Source: a virus (Duplodnaviria; Caudoviricetes). From it: 64,000 bases of DNA. Location: positions 1 to 64,000 of the IMG/VR virus record IMGVR_UViG_3300037067_007020; one strand, 5' to 3'. The translations under genes were made by a program, and so were the position numbers. This document shows, piece after piece, positions 20,588 to 30,893 of the stretch. The notes beneath the pieces are model-generated. The model was not told the origin of the DNA, ran no database searches, and saw only the letters and a list, made by a program, of their open reading frames with translations. The stretch's first letter is position 1. Each line of letters opens with the position of its first letter.

Positions 20588-21176
20588 AATAGCATTTTGT
20601 GGAAGAATGGGTTCAGGCAAAACAACGGCATGTAAGTATTTAGTAGAACAGTCTAAAGTATTAAACAAGACATCTACTATTCTTTCTTTTGCTCAACCGT
20701 TAAAAGAATTGGCATATCAATTGTTTGGTTATGAAAATAAATCTCAAGTATTTAATTTTGGAGGAAGAACAATAACTGCAAGAGAATTGTTACAAGAATT
20801 AGGAAACAAAATGAGAGAAATAAATCCTAATATATGGCGAGATTTGTTAGAAAAGAAAATAAAAGAAAACTTCCAAACAGAAAATATATTTATCGACGAT
20901 TTAAGATTTAATAACGAAGAAGAAATGTTGATAAAAAATAACTTCAAAATAGTAAGCCTTGTTTCAACAGAAGAAGATAGAATGAAAAGAATGTTTTTGA
21001 GAGACGGGGTTTATCCTGAAAAAGAACTTCTTCATAAATGTGGAGAAGATACTATTTTCAAAAAAAGTGTGTGTCTTATCAGAAATCAAGGAATTGATGA
21101 TTATACTCTAGAAGAATTTTATAATCAATTAGACATTTTTTTCAATGACATACATAACAAATACACTGTTTTATAA
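20580..21176 (+). CDS. Deoxynucleoside monophosphate kinase
   Basis: GRMGSGKTT P-loop, SFA.PLK, RELLQELG, IDDLRF.NE. Confidence 0.85.
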   Translation: MTRIAFCGRMGSGKTTACKYLVEQSKVLNKTSTILSFAQPLKELAYQLFGYENKSQVFNFGGRTITARELLQELGNKMREINPNIWRDLLEKKIKENFQTENIFIDDLRFNNEEEMLIKNNFKIVSLVSTEEDRMKRMFLRDGVYPEKELLHKCGEDTIFKKSVCLIRNQGIDDYTLEEFYNQLDIFFNDIHNKYTVL

Positions 21177-21367
21177 GGAGTACATTAATGTTTTGTAAAT
21201 GTTGTGGAGAAAAACTTGAATTGTTAGAAATGAATCCTGAAGAAGGAATTAAATTCTATCGTTGTGACGAATGTAATGAACAATTTATAGAAGATATGGA
21301 TGCTCAAGACTACAGAGACTATGAAATAGAAAGAAACATATCTCTGAGAGAGGAAAAGTTTTAATAA

Positions 21368-21898
21368 ATGCAAACATACGGAAAAATCATTGTTTTTATT
21401 CTAAAATTTCTTATTTTTCTTGCTCGAAACATTGAACATGATGGGTCTGAGAAAAAATATCTGATCGAAGAAGCTAATAATTATATAATAACTCTGGACA
21501 AAAAAACAATTCGATCATATCATTCTACTGAACAAGAACAGCAACATGAATTGGTTCAACAAAAAGAATTATACAGAGGAAATCGAAAGTTAATAGAACT
21601 ATTTGTTGCTCTTTTTGCCGAGAAAAACAAGAACAATAAGATAGCACTTTCTAAAGAAATTAAACTTTGGCTCGACATAAATAATTTCTTAACCGAATCA
21701 AAGATGTCTTACGAATCATTTGAATTTGGAGTAAATACATGTCTTGATAAACATATTCCTAATTTAAACTATGCCAAAAGAGCAAGTGAAGGACACTGGG
21801 AAAAGAATAAACCCGAACAAGCAACGTTAATAGGAATAGAAGAAAAGAAAGAAAAAGCAATAGCTTATTTTAACGAAATTTTTAGACCAAGGGAGTAG
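21368..21898 (+). CDS. Hypothetical protein, possible DnaD-like helical domain
   Basis: GVNTCLDKHIPNLNYAKRASEGHW loosely resembles the DnaD/DnaB_2 Y...I...W motif. Confidence 0.35.
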   Translation: MQTYGKIIVFILKFLIFLARNIEHDGSEKKYLIEEANNYIITLDKKTIRSYHSTEQEQQHELVQQKELYRGNRKLIELFVALFAEKNKNNKIALSKEIKLWLDINNFLTESKMSYESFEFGVNTCLDKHIPNLNYAKRASEGHWEKNKPEQATLIGIEEKKEKAIAYFNEIFRPRE

Positions 21899-22166
21899 AA
21901 CTTGTTAAATAAAGAACAGCAAGGTATTGCTAATGCTCTAAAATTCGATCTTGGTGAACAATTACATTGTTATGGATATAATTCAGATTTAATGAACTAT
22001 TTTGTTACATTTTTAGATGATGCTAAAGTAAACCCTGAAATTATATTAGAAGTATTAGAACATTTTAGAGATTCCGTAGATGTTAATCAAGAATATTTAG
22101 AACAAGATATTTCAGATTATAAAAGCAGTATTGGATATTAAACGAGAAAAGGAGAACATAAACAAC

Positions 22167-23423
22167 ATGACAAATACAAAGGATTTAATTATTAAATTAT
22201 TAGAAGAGAATAATTATGACAAGAGTAAGGTATATAAGTTATATGATACTGTTGTTCAGGAATTAGATGAAGATATTAAGTATTCAACCTTTGAAAGAAA
22301 TGTACGAAAGGTGTTTACAGAACTGACAGAAAATGATAATCTGTTGTTAGAGAACATTTATCTTGCCAAAAAAGCACAGGGTCTTGAGGATAAACAGAGA
22401 ATAGAAAAAGCCGCATTTAGAGATATGGCAAGGTTAGACAATTCTATCATAGAATATAATCAGAAGTTAATTGAATTGTTAGAAAAGTGTAATCTCAAAG
22501 AATATACAGTTTCACACAAAATTCCTAAGAACACAAACTATGTAGGTATCATTCATATTACAGATACCCACTTCAATGAACTTGTAAATCATAGTCACAA
22601 TAAATATGATTTCAAAGTAGCATCTTCTAGACTAAAGAAGTTGGTAGAAGTTGCTCGAACTCAGTTCAAAGCGTTTGGAGTAAAGAAGGTTTTAGTAGCT
22701 TCTACAGGAGATTTGTTAAACAGCGACCGAAGATTAGATGAAATACTCGCAATGTCCACAAATAGAAGCAAAGCAACATTCCTTGCTGTTCAGTTGTTGC
22801 AACAAGTAATTTTAGACCTTAATAAAGATTTCAATGTTTTAGTAACTGGGGTAACTGGAAATGAATCTAGAATTAAAGAAGAAATTGGTTATAATGAATT
22901 AGTTGCTACTGATAATTATGACTATACTATATTAGAGATACTTAAACTCATATTCAAAGAAGCAAAAGGAATAGAGTTTATTAATTCTGGTTACAACGAA
23001 GGAATTGTCGAAATAGAAGGAACAAATATTTTGTTAATGCACGGTTATTCTCAAAAAACAGACATTGAAAGATATGTTCAACAGATCAAAGGAAGGTATT
23101 CTTCTAACGGACAAAAGGTTGATTATGTTCTAATGGGTCATTACCATAGTACTAGACTAGCAGATCACTATGCCAGAGGAGCAAGTTTAGTTGGTTCGAA
23201 TGATTATAACGAATCTAATCTAAATTTAGCAGGAAGAGCAGCACAAAACATATTTCTTATTTCTAAGGAAGGGGATGTTCATGGAACTAGAGTTGATTTA
23301 CAGAACGCTTCTAATGACATTTTTGGTTCGTATGACATAAACAAAGAATTAGAAGCTTATAATGCCAAGAGTGCTGAGAAATCGAAAAAAGGCAAAAAGA
23401 ATTATAAAATAAGGATTGAATAA
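22167..23423 (+). CDS. Calcineurin-like phosphoesterase with N-terminal helical region (DNA polymerase small-subunit-like)
   Basis: ITDTHF, TGDLL, TGNESR, MHG and GHYH motifs; AGGAG RBS. Confidence 0.75.
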   Translation: MTNTKDLIIKLLEENNYDKSKVYKLYDTVVQELDEDIKYSTFERNVRKVFTELTENDNLLLENIYLAKKAQGLEDKQRIEKAAFRDMARLDNSIIEYNQKLIELLEKCNLKEYTVSHKIPKNTNYVGIIHITDTHFNELVNHSHNKYDFKVASSRLKKLVEVARTQFKAFGVKKVLVASTGDLLNSDRRLDEILAMSTNRSKATFLAVQLLQQVILDLNKDFNVLVTGVTGNESRIKEEIGYNELVATDNYDYTILEILKLIFKEAKGIEFINSGYNEGIVEIEGTNILLMHGYSQKTDIERYVQQIKGRYSSNGQKVDYVLMGHYHSTRLADHYARGASLVGSNDYNESNLNLAGRAAQNIFLISKEGDVHGTRVDLQNASNDIFGSYDINKELEAYNAKSAEKSKKGKKNYKIRIE

Positions 23424-23675
23424 TAAAAATGACTAAATACAATAATCTTACAGACAAAATAACAGAAACAATTGTTTCTTTAAACAAACAAAACATATTT
23501 GTTTTAGAATTGATTATAGGTCTGTCTGAACTAGAACAATTATTAGATGAACAAATGATATAAATAGAACCTTTTGTAATATATAAATTTTCGGGACTGA
23601 CCATTAAGATAGTAGATAAGATAAATTATCTTAAATATATAATCGAACTTCCTACAACTCAAAAGGTAGACAGAT

Positions 23676-24002
23676 ATGTTTAAAAAATTATTTTCTTGGT
23701 ATCTTATAATTAATAAACAAAATCCGTATAAATACATAGAACAATTGCATCAGCAGAATAAACAATTTATGGACGACAATACAAAGTTAATAGAAGAAAT
23801 ACAGAAAGAAAAAGAAGACATCGATGGATTGTTAAAACTTGTTTATGACTTAGAAGGAGAATTATCTCGCAAGAATGAAGAAATTGCATTTCTTACTACT
23901 CCTTCAGTTTTAGACCCGATGAATATGGTTTATAATTGGATGGTTGGTGGAAACAACAACCCCAAAAAGAAAGAAAAGAATGACAACAACAGTAATAAAT
24001 AA
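23676..24002 (+). CDS. Coiled-coil hypothetical protein
   Basis: Heptad-rich 108-aa ORF overlapping the polymerase start. Confidence 0.5.
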   Translation: MFKKLFSWYLIINKQNPYKYIEQLHQQNKQFMDDNTKLIEEIQKEKEDIDGLLKLVYDLEGELSRKNEEIAFLTTPSVLDPMNMVYNWMVGGNNNPKKKEKNDNNSNK

Positions 24003-27000
24003 TCTTCAGAAAAATCAAACAAACCAAGAATACGATATACTTCTTAATGGTTGTGACCCTGAAGAAAATATTGTTGCCACTTCTGTTATTGATGGAGTTG
24101 CTTATGTGTATAAGAGAAACAAAGAAACTGACACAGTTACTTCTTATGAAGACGAATTTCATCCTTTTATCTGGATTAAAAAAGAAAAATGTCATATATC
24201 TCCAAAATACGAAAGGCATATACAAAGAATAGACCTTAAAGGAAAAGGTGTCTATAATCAAATAATTAATTTTGATTCTCATATAGACATGTATACGTTC
24301 CTCAAAAACTATGTTCCTCCTACAAAGATGTCTGCTCCTGATTTAGTTCCAGAAGACTATTCAGACTACAAAGCAAAAAAAGATTCCAATGATCAGTACT
24401 TGATACAGACAGGCAAGACACTATTTAAAGGAATGAATTACAACGACCTTAAAATAATGGCATTTGATATAGAAACCACTAGAATTGTAAGAGACTATGA
24501 AGGAAACATAACTTGTGATATAAAAATGATTTCTGTTGTCGATAACAGAGGATTTAAAACTGTTATATATGAACCAACAGAAGCAGAAATGATAAAAAAA
24601 TTCTTTGCTCTGATAAGGAAAAATGATTGGGATGTTTTGTTAAGCTATAACGGCTATCTTTTTGATTGGCTTGTGATTTATCAAAAAGCACAAGCATTAG
24701 GAATACCAACAACCATTGGAAGACATAATTTAGAAATGAAAGTTCTTCCGACCACTATACGAATGGGAGATAATAAACAAGCCAAGTTAGATATTTTTAT
24801 TGTTCCCGGCAGACAAAACATAGACCTATATTATTCAGTAAGAAAATATGATACTACTTTACGCTCAATGGACGCAAGTTATAACTTGAAAAGCGTTATT
24901 AGTGAATTGGAACTTGAAAGAGAAGGCAGAGTATTTGTTCCGGGAGACATGATTCAGGAAACGTTAGAAAAAGACCCTGAAAAGGTAAAAGAATATTGTC
25001 TAGATGATTCAATAGATACTTTAAATTTAGGAGAATTTCTTCTTTCTACCGATTTTGTAGCTACTCAATTGCTACCAATGTCATTTGAAAAAGAAGTTCT
25101 GGCAGGAAATTCGACAAAAATAGAATCTCTGTTTCTTAGAGCATATTATTTATACGAACATTCAATTCCTCAGTCTGCTTTAAAAACCGATAGTGTTCCG
25201 GGTGGATACGTAGACTGTAAAAGAAAAGGTACTGATAAAAATATAGTACATATAGATGTATCAAGTCTTTATCCTTCAATAATTGTCAAAGATTTGATAA
25301 AACCATTAACCGACGAATTAGATATTTTTGTTCCTATAATCAAAACAATGAAAGTAAAAAGACTTTTTGGCAAACAAGAAGAAAAAAATTTCGCAGAAAA
25401 AAATGATTGTAAAGAAGAAAAAAAGTGGTTTGGTTTTCAAAACGCTTTTAAGGTTTTTATTAATGCAATGTATGGCGTACTTGCATCCATGTATTTTCCT
25501 TGGAATGATATAAAAGAAGCGACTAAAATAACAGAAGAAGGACAAAGATTAATAAAAATTATGATTTCTGTATCTGAAAATTGTGGGTTTGCTCTGAAAA
25601 ACGCAGATACGGATGGTATTTATATCACTCTGCTTGATATAAATAAATGGAATGAAAAAATTGGTCAGAAATATGGAATTTTTGAACCTGAATATGATAA
25701 AGAAACAAAAATTATGTTAAATTACAAAGAATTTGTTGAAAAAACAAAAAATTTCATTAATGATTCATTACCCGAAGGAATAGAAATAGATACTAAGTTT
25801 TATGAATCTATGTGTTCAATATGTCCAAAAACATATGTACTTAGAGAACTTTCAGGAAAAACTATTTTGAAAGGTGTTTCGTTAAAATCAAAAGGAATGG
25901 AAAAATTTGGTCAAGAATTTATTTCTAAGTCCATACAATTAATTATGGACGATAAAAAAGATCAAATAAAATTTCTGTATAGAAAGCTCAGAGAAGATAT
26001 TATAGGACATAAACTACCTATCGAATATTTTCAACAGTCCAAAGAGGTGAAAAAGACTCCTGAACAGTATTTGAGAGAGAAGAAAACAACTCAAGCACAT
26101 TATGAATTGATGTTAAAAACAGGAAGATCGGTAGAAAGAGGCACAAGAGCATATTATTATCTTGCCCAAGGAGAAATACCAAAGTTTTCGGAAGATTATG
26201 ATACAAACAAACCAGACGAAGATATTAATTATCTTCTGTCCAAATTAGAAGGTTTTACTCGGCGTTTGTTTAATCCTGAAAAACCTTTTGATTCAGTTTT
26301 AACAGAAAATGATTATGTTAATATATTTGCAGACGAAATGCCTCAAATGACATTAAATTTTGATAGTTATGACTGTGCCGATTTTTATAATCCTAGTTAT
26401 GAAGGTGGAAAATGGAATCGAAAAAAGATTCTAGAGCATGAAATAGACTTCATATCTAAAAATCCTATAGATTCTTATAGAACTATTCAGAAGTTTAGAA
26501 ACAACAATCAAATTGACGAAAAACATATCTCAGATTTATATTTTGACATAGATTCAGAAATTACACCAGAAATCAAAGAAAAGGTTAAAACTGCAAAAAC
26601 AATAGAAGAAAAATTATTAATTCTTGAAACAGTAATTACATCAGGACTAGAAGATGTTTATAAAATAACAAATTATTTTATTTCTAAAATGGGATTTACT
26701 AAAAACGATTTTGAAATTTATTTTTCAGGATTTAAAGGATTTCATTTAATAATACCTCATGAAAAATTTGGCATTACTACAGGAAGAAATGATCTTACTT
26801 ATATTTATAAACTAATTGCTATGAAGTTGGACGAAGATTTAGATTTGCAGAATATAGACATAGGAAGTATTTATTCTAAGAGAAGAATGATTCGTCTTCC
26901 TTTTACAATAAATTCTAAATCAGGATTAATGAAAATACCTCTTACTTTAGATGCTATAAACAATCATTTTTCTAAAAAAGAAGGTTCTATTCATATTCTA

Positions 27001-27531
27001 CAGGCAATTTGTGCAACAGAATTTTATATTCAAAAAAACAATTGTTCTATAAAAGAATTGTATGATAGCAAAGATAAAATTAAACCAGATAGAAGTATTA
27101 ATCTTATTGCCGAAACATGGTTTAAAAATATTGTAAAGGAATATGAAGACAATGATACTATAGAAGCATGTAGCAAACCAAAATATAAGTTCGTCAGACT
27201 TAAAGATTATCCTATTTGCATTAAGGAAATTTTACGATCAGGTATTAGACATAATGGCGATAGAAATAAAGCCACAATAGTTATGGCTACATTTTTCAAA
27301 AATTTAGGAAAATCAGAAAAAGAAACAACTGAAATAATAACTAAGTGGGCATTAGAATTACCTAATAATATGACTACTTCTTCTAATACACAAATTGTTA
27401 ATTCTACAAAGACTGCTGTTAAAACAATTTATTCTTCAGACAGATATTATTTTTCTTGTGCATCGGTTAAGTCTTTAGGAAGTAAAGAGTCAAAAATACC
27501 TTGTTTAAAATCTTGTGTATTAAATGACTAG
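23944..27531 (+). CDS. polB: Family B DNA polymerase fused to archaeo-eukaryotic primase and PriL-like C-terminal domain (ATG 23980 is an alternative start)
   Basis: Exonuclease: FDIET, YNGYLFD, YCLDD. Polymerase: DVSSLYPS, K..INAMYG, ADTDG. AEP: LYFDID, FSGFKGFH, D...RMIRLP...NSKSG. CTD: YPIC...G.R...FSC...PC..SC. Confidence 0.92.
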   Translation: MVETTTPKRKKRMTTTVINNLQKNQTNQEYDILLNGCDPEENIVATSVIDGVAYVYKRNKETDTVTSYEDEFHPFIWIKKEKCHISPKYERHIQRIDLKGKGVYNQIINFDSHIDMYTFLKNYVPPTKMSAPDLVPEDYSDYKAKKDSNDQYLIQTGKTLFKGMNYNDLKIMAFDIETTRIVRDYEGNITCDIKMISVVDNRGFKTVIYEPTEAEMIKKFFALIRKNDWDVLLSYNGYLFDWLVIYQKAQALGIPTTIGRHNLEMKVLPTTIRMGDNKQAKLDIFIVPGRQNIDLYYSVRKYDTTLRSMDASYNLKSVISELELEREGRVFVPGDMIQETLEKDPEKVKEYCLDDSIDTLNLGEFLLSTDFVATQLLPMSFEKEVLAGNSTKIESLFLRAYYLYEHSIPQSALKTDSVPGGYVDCKRKGTDKNIVHIDVSSLYPSIIVKDLIKPLTDELDIFVPIIKTMKVKRLFGKQEEKNFAEKNDCKEEKKWFGFQNAFKVFINAMYGVLASMYFPWNDIKEATKITEEGQRLIKIMISVSENCGFALKNADTDGIYITLLDINKWNEKIGQKYGIFEPEYDKETKIMLNYKEFVEKTKNFINDSLPEGIEIDTKFYESMCSICPKTYVLRELSGKTILKGVSLKSKGMEKFGQEFISKSIQLIMDDKKDQIKFLYRKLREDIIGHKLPIEYFQQSKEVKKTPEQYLREKKTTQAHYELMLKTGRSVERGTRAYYYLAQGEIPKFSEDYDTNKPDEDINYLLSKLEGFTRRLFNPEKPFDSVLTENDYVNIFADEMPQMTLNFDSYDCADFYNPSYEGGKWNRKKILEHEIDFISKNPIDSYRTIQKFRNNNQIDEKHISDLYFDIDSEITPEIKEKVKTAKTIEEKLLILETVITSGLEDVYKITNYFISKMGFTKNDFEIYFSGFKGFHLIIPHEKFGITTGRNDLTYIYKLIAMKLDEDLDLQNIDIGSIYSKRRMIRLPFTINSKSGLMKIPLTLDAINNHFSKKEGSIHILQAICATEFYIQKNNCSIKELYDSKDKIKPDRSINLIAETWFKNIVKEYEDNDTIEACSKPKYKFVRLKDYPICIKEILRSGIRHNGDRNKATIVMATFFKNLGKSEKETTEIITKWALELPNNMTTSSNTQIVNSTKTAVKTIYSSDRYYFSCASVKSLGSKESKIPCLKSCVLND

Positions 27532-28728
27532 GAAGAAGAATTAAATGTTTGAACAATGTGATAATTGATATTGTATGGACGAGAAAGGAAAATTGAAATG
27601 AGACTAGAAATATATGATTATAAAAACGGAAACGGTTATCAGGATTGGATTATTTTAGAAAAAGACATTAGTGATATTGAATTAAAGAAAATCAAAAACA
27701 TTTTAAAAAGGAAAGAATAATGATTTTATTTTTGATAGCAAGAATATTGATAGAATTGTATATAATTTGGTTAAGTTTATGCAAGATTTTTGTTTTGTTG
27801 TTTCAATTGTTTTTTGAATTGATTATGTTTGTTCCTTGTTATTTAGAAATATTGTTATCTAAGGAATATTTAAATGACTAAAACAAAAATAACAAAAGAA
27901 TCTACTATAAGAGAAGTTGAAAAAGAGTATAATGTTTATATTTCTCATAATAAAAATATGAAGTTGTATGAATATTTGTCTCAAATGGGATTTCCTAGTC
28001 TGGCAGAATTGCTGGATTGTAGAAATAAATTATTGAAACAAGAGGAGAAATAATATGGCTCAGCAACCAATGCCTAAATATGTGTATAAAATAGACATGT
28101 CTAAAATTCAGACTATAGAAGACATAAAACTTATTCTATCTATGATGGATTTAGAAACAGCAAGTTTCAAAGAAGACGAAAGTGATATGACTCCTGTCAA
28201 ACATCTTTTAGGACAAAAACGAAAAATAGAACTTAAACTAAAACCAGTAGTTCCAGACATTATTATTCCGGGGAGATAATAGTATGAAAATTAAAACAGG
28301 AGATTTTATGGTTTGTGACAATATTAAAAACACAAAAGAAGACAAATTTTGGATATTTTTAAAAAATTTCAATTGGTTCTTTATAGGTTTTTTTACTGCC
28401 TTTGGATTAATGATATTGTTAATGTTTTTATAAGGAAAGAATATGGCTATAATAGATAAAAACAAATCAATGATGGAAATATCAATCAGGAACAAAATAA
28501 AGTGTAATTGTGGGTGTTTATCACAAGACCATCATGGTGGGTTTGGGTGGTGTAGTAAGTGTGGATGTACATTCTATTGGCCTAATGATAAGTGGATAAA
28601 AAAATTTAGAGCATTAAATCCAGATTATACCAAAGTATCTAAAAAGGTTAAAAAAATTAGAAACGAAGGTATTAAAAATGTTTTAAAAAAAATATCAAAA
28701 CAACAACGAGAAAAGGAGAAAATATAAA

Positions 28729-29100
28729 GTGCAAAATTTAATAATTTTTGAAGGAAGAGTCGGAAACGATCTAGACATTAAATTTACACCAAATGGCATA
28801 CAATATGCTAAATGGAGTATGGCACAAGGTCATATGACCAAAAAAGAAGAAAAAATTACTATGTGGGTCAATTGTATCTCGTATGCCAAATCAATGGAAT
28901 ATATTAAGAAAATAGTTAAAAAAGGCAATAGAATTATGGTTCAAGGAAGATTAAATTCAAGATCATATGAAAAAGATGGTAAGAAGAATACTATATACGA
29001 AATAGTTGTTACTCAGTCATGGGAAGTAAATCGTATAGTTGAAGACAATGAACAAGAAAATAATTCTTCGGTCGATGTTGATGCTATTCTAAAGGACTAG
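28729..29100 (+). CDS. ssb: Single-stranded DNA-binding protein
   Basis: GRVG.D...FTPNG, W.NC, KKG.RI.VQGRL.SRSYEKDG.K...EIV; acidic tail. Confidence 0.85.
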   Translation: MQNLIIFEGRVGNDLDIKFTPNGIQYAKWSMAQGHMTKKEEKITMWVNCISYAKSMEYIKKIVKKGNRIMVQGRLNSRSYEKDGKKNTIYEIVVTQSWEVNRIVEDNEQENNSSVDVDAILKD

Positions 29101-29868
29101 AAAATGATTAATGAACAAAAATTATGTTTACAAGATAAAGACGGTGTTTTGATTTTTTCTGACCACAGAACAGGAAAATATGTCAGAAATGCTACGAAAA
29201 AAGACATATGTTTATTGATTGACAGATCAATAGAAATTTGTGTTGAAAGGGTTAGAAAATGGGGTTAAAAAAAGAAACAAAGAAAACAAGAGAAAAGGTA
29301 GGCAATATAGATATAGAAACTGCACAAAAATTAATAAAAGACTATTGTTGTTTCTTTAATGTAGTAGGAAGCAGTTGTCCTTTTTATCCTGACAATGGTT
29401 GTTTTGCTTATGACGAAGAAGATATTAGCAGAAAACCTTGTTTACATTTTGGCATATGTATATATACTTTGATGATCGACGATAGGAAAGTTAGAAACGA
29501 ATTTATTAAGTCTCTATTAAAGAAATGTGAAGAAAGAAAACAAAAACCTTTGGTAAAAAAGGAGAAAAAAACCAATGACAAAAAAGAAAACTCAGAAAAC
29601 AAAAGAAACAAAAAAAATCGTAAAGGAAGAGGAAAAATTGTACGGAATAATCGAACAAGCAAAAATTCAAAATCAAACAGGAGAAACAGTAAAAGACTTT
29701 CAAGCGATACATCTGTTAACAGAAAAAGAAGCAGAAGAAGTTCTAAATAATTGTGACGATGAACCTAATTTGTTTCTTTTAACTCCTGTTCCTGTTTACA
29801 AAACTGAAAATTTTGTTATTCAGAATGTGTATTCTCTTAATCCGAATACGATAGAAGGGTTTTAAAAA

Positions 29869-30756
29869 ATGTCACCTAAAAATTTGTTTAACCAAAATGA
29901 GCCTGACAAATGTAAGAATTGTGAAAAACCTGTTACTATAGGCATTAAGTTTTGTTCAGGATACTGTGAATTTATCGATACAGTCAACAATCTGAGACGA
30001 GAAATAGAAACACTTATGACTTCAAATCCTTTTACATGTGCAATATGCAATAAAACATTTAGGCTTGCTCTAAGAAAGAAAACATATTATCCATATTGTT
30101 CAAGAAAATGTATGAACGAAGGACATTTGAAGGACACAAAAAACAAAGTTCTTAAATATCTTGGATGGCTTGGAGAAATTCATAATGGCAAAATAACTAA
30201 TAAACAAGTTAAGGATGATTTAAAAGAAAAGATTCTAAAATTCTTTCCTTCTGTTCAAAAAGCCGTTGAAGAATCTGGCAACGAATATGTTATCATTAAA
30301 GGAGGATTTAAGTCTGTAGGACGATTATCTAAGGCTTATAAGAGACAAGATTTAGACGGTCTGTTTGTGCGTTCTTCTTGGGAAGCAAATTATTTAAGGA
30401 TTCTAAGACATTTAAAATGGAACTATGAATATGAACCACAAGTATTTGAATTTCCGGTTAAAAAAGGAAATAGGTTCTATCTACCAGATGTATATTTAAC
30501 AGATCATAAAGAATATATAGAAATTAAAGGGTTCATGGATAACAATTCTCGTATCAAGATAGATCGTTTTCATAAATACTATCCAGATTTAAAACTAAGT
30601 ATCTTAGGAAGAAAAGAATACGATTTAATGAAAGACATAGGGTTTTTGCTTCCTATATGGGAATTTTCTTCAGTCGATGACATTGTTAAAAATATTGTTT
30701 TTAAGCAACAAATACTTGATAATAAGGAATATGAAAGGTGTAAAACATGGATATAA
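29869..30756 (+). CDS. Zinc-finger plus PD-(D/E)XK endonuclease
   Basis: CxxC/FCS..C fingers, then RSSWEAN, YEYEP, YLPD, IEIKG. Confidence 0.75.
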   Translation: MSPKNLFNQNEPDKCKNCEKPVTIGIKFCSGYCEFIDTVNNLRREIETLMTSNPFTCAICNKTFRLALRKKTYYPYCSRKCMNEGHLKDTKNKVLKYLGWLGEIHNGKITNKQVKDDLKEKILKFFPSVQKAVEESGNEYVIIKGGFKSVGRLSKAYKRQDLDGLFVRSSWEANYLRILRHLKWNYEYEPQVFEFPVKKGNRFYLPDVYLTDHKEYIEIKGFMDNNSRIKIDRFHKYYPDLKLSILGRKEYDLMKDIGFLLPIWEFSSVDDIVKNIVFKQQILDNKEYERCKTWI

Positions 30757-30844
30757 TTATGACAATAGGTTTTGTAGGATTTTTAATGTGTCTAATATAC
30801 ATTGAATTATATTTAGGATATGAACCAACTCAACGGTCAAAAAA

Positions 30845-30893
30845 CAAGAAACATAAAACTTAGTTGTTTGAAATAATTTTTTTATGATATAAT
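30845..30893 (+). promoter_or_regulatory. Repeated early promoter, copy 3
   Basis: CAAGAAACATAAAACTTAGTTGTTTGAAA-N14-TATAAT, near-identical to copy 1. Confidence 0.75.

Noticed and set aside
23944-27531. Intein or homing endonuclease explaining the polymerase length
   Set aside because: PolB motifs are normally spaced, and no intein termini or LAGLIDADG motifs were seen. The extra length is a C-terminal primase region.
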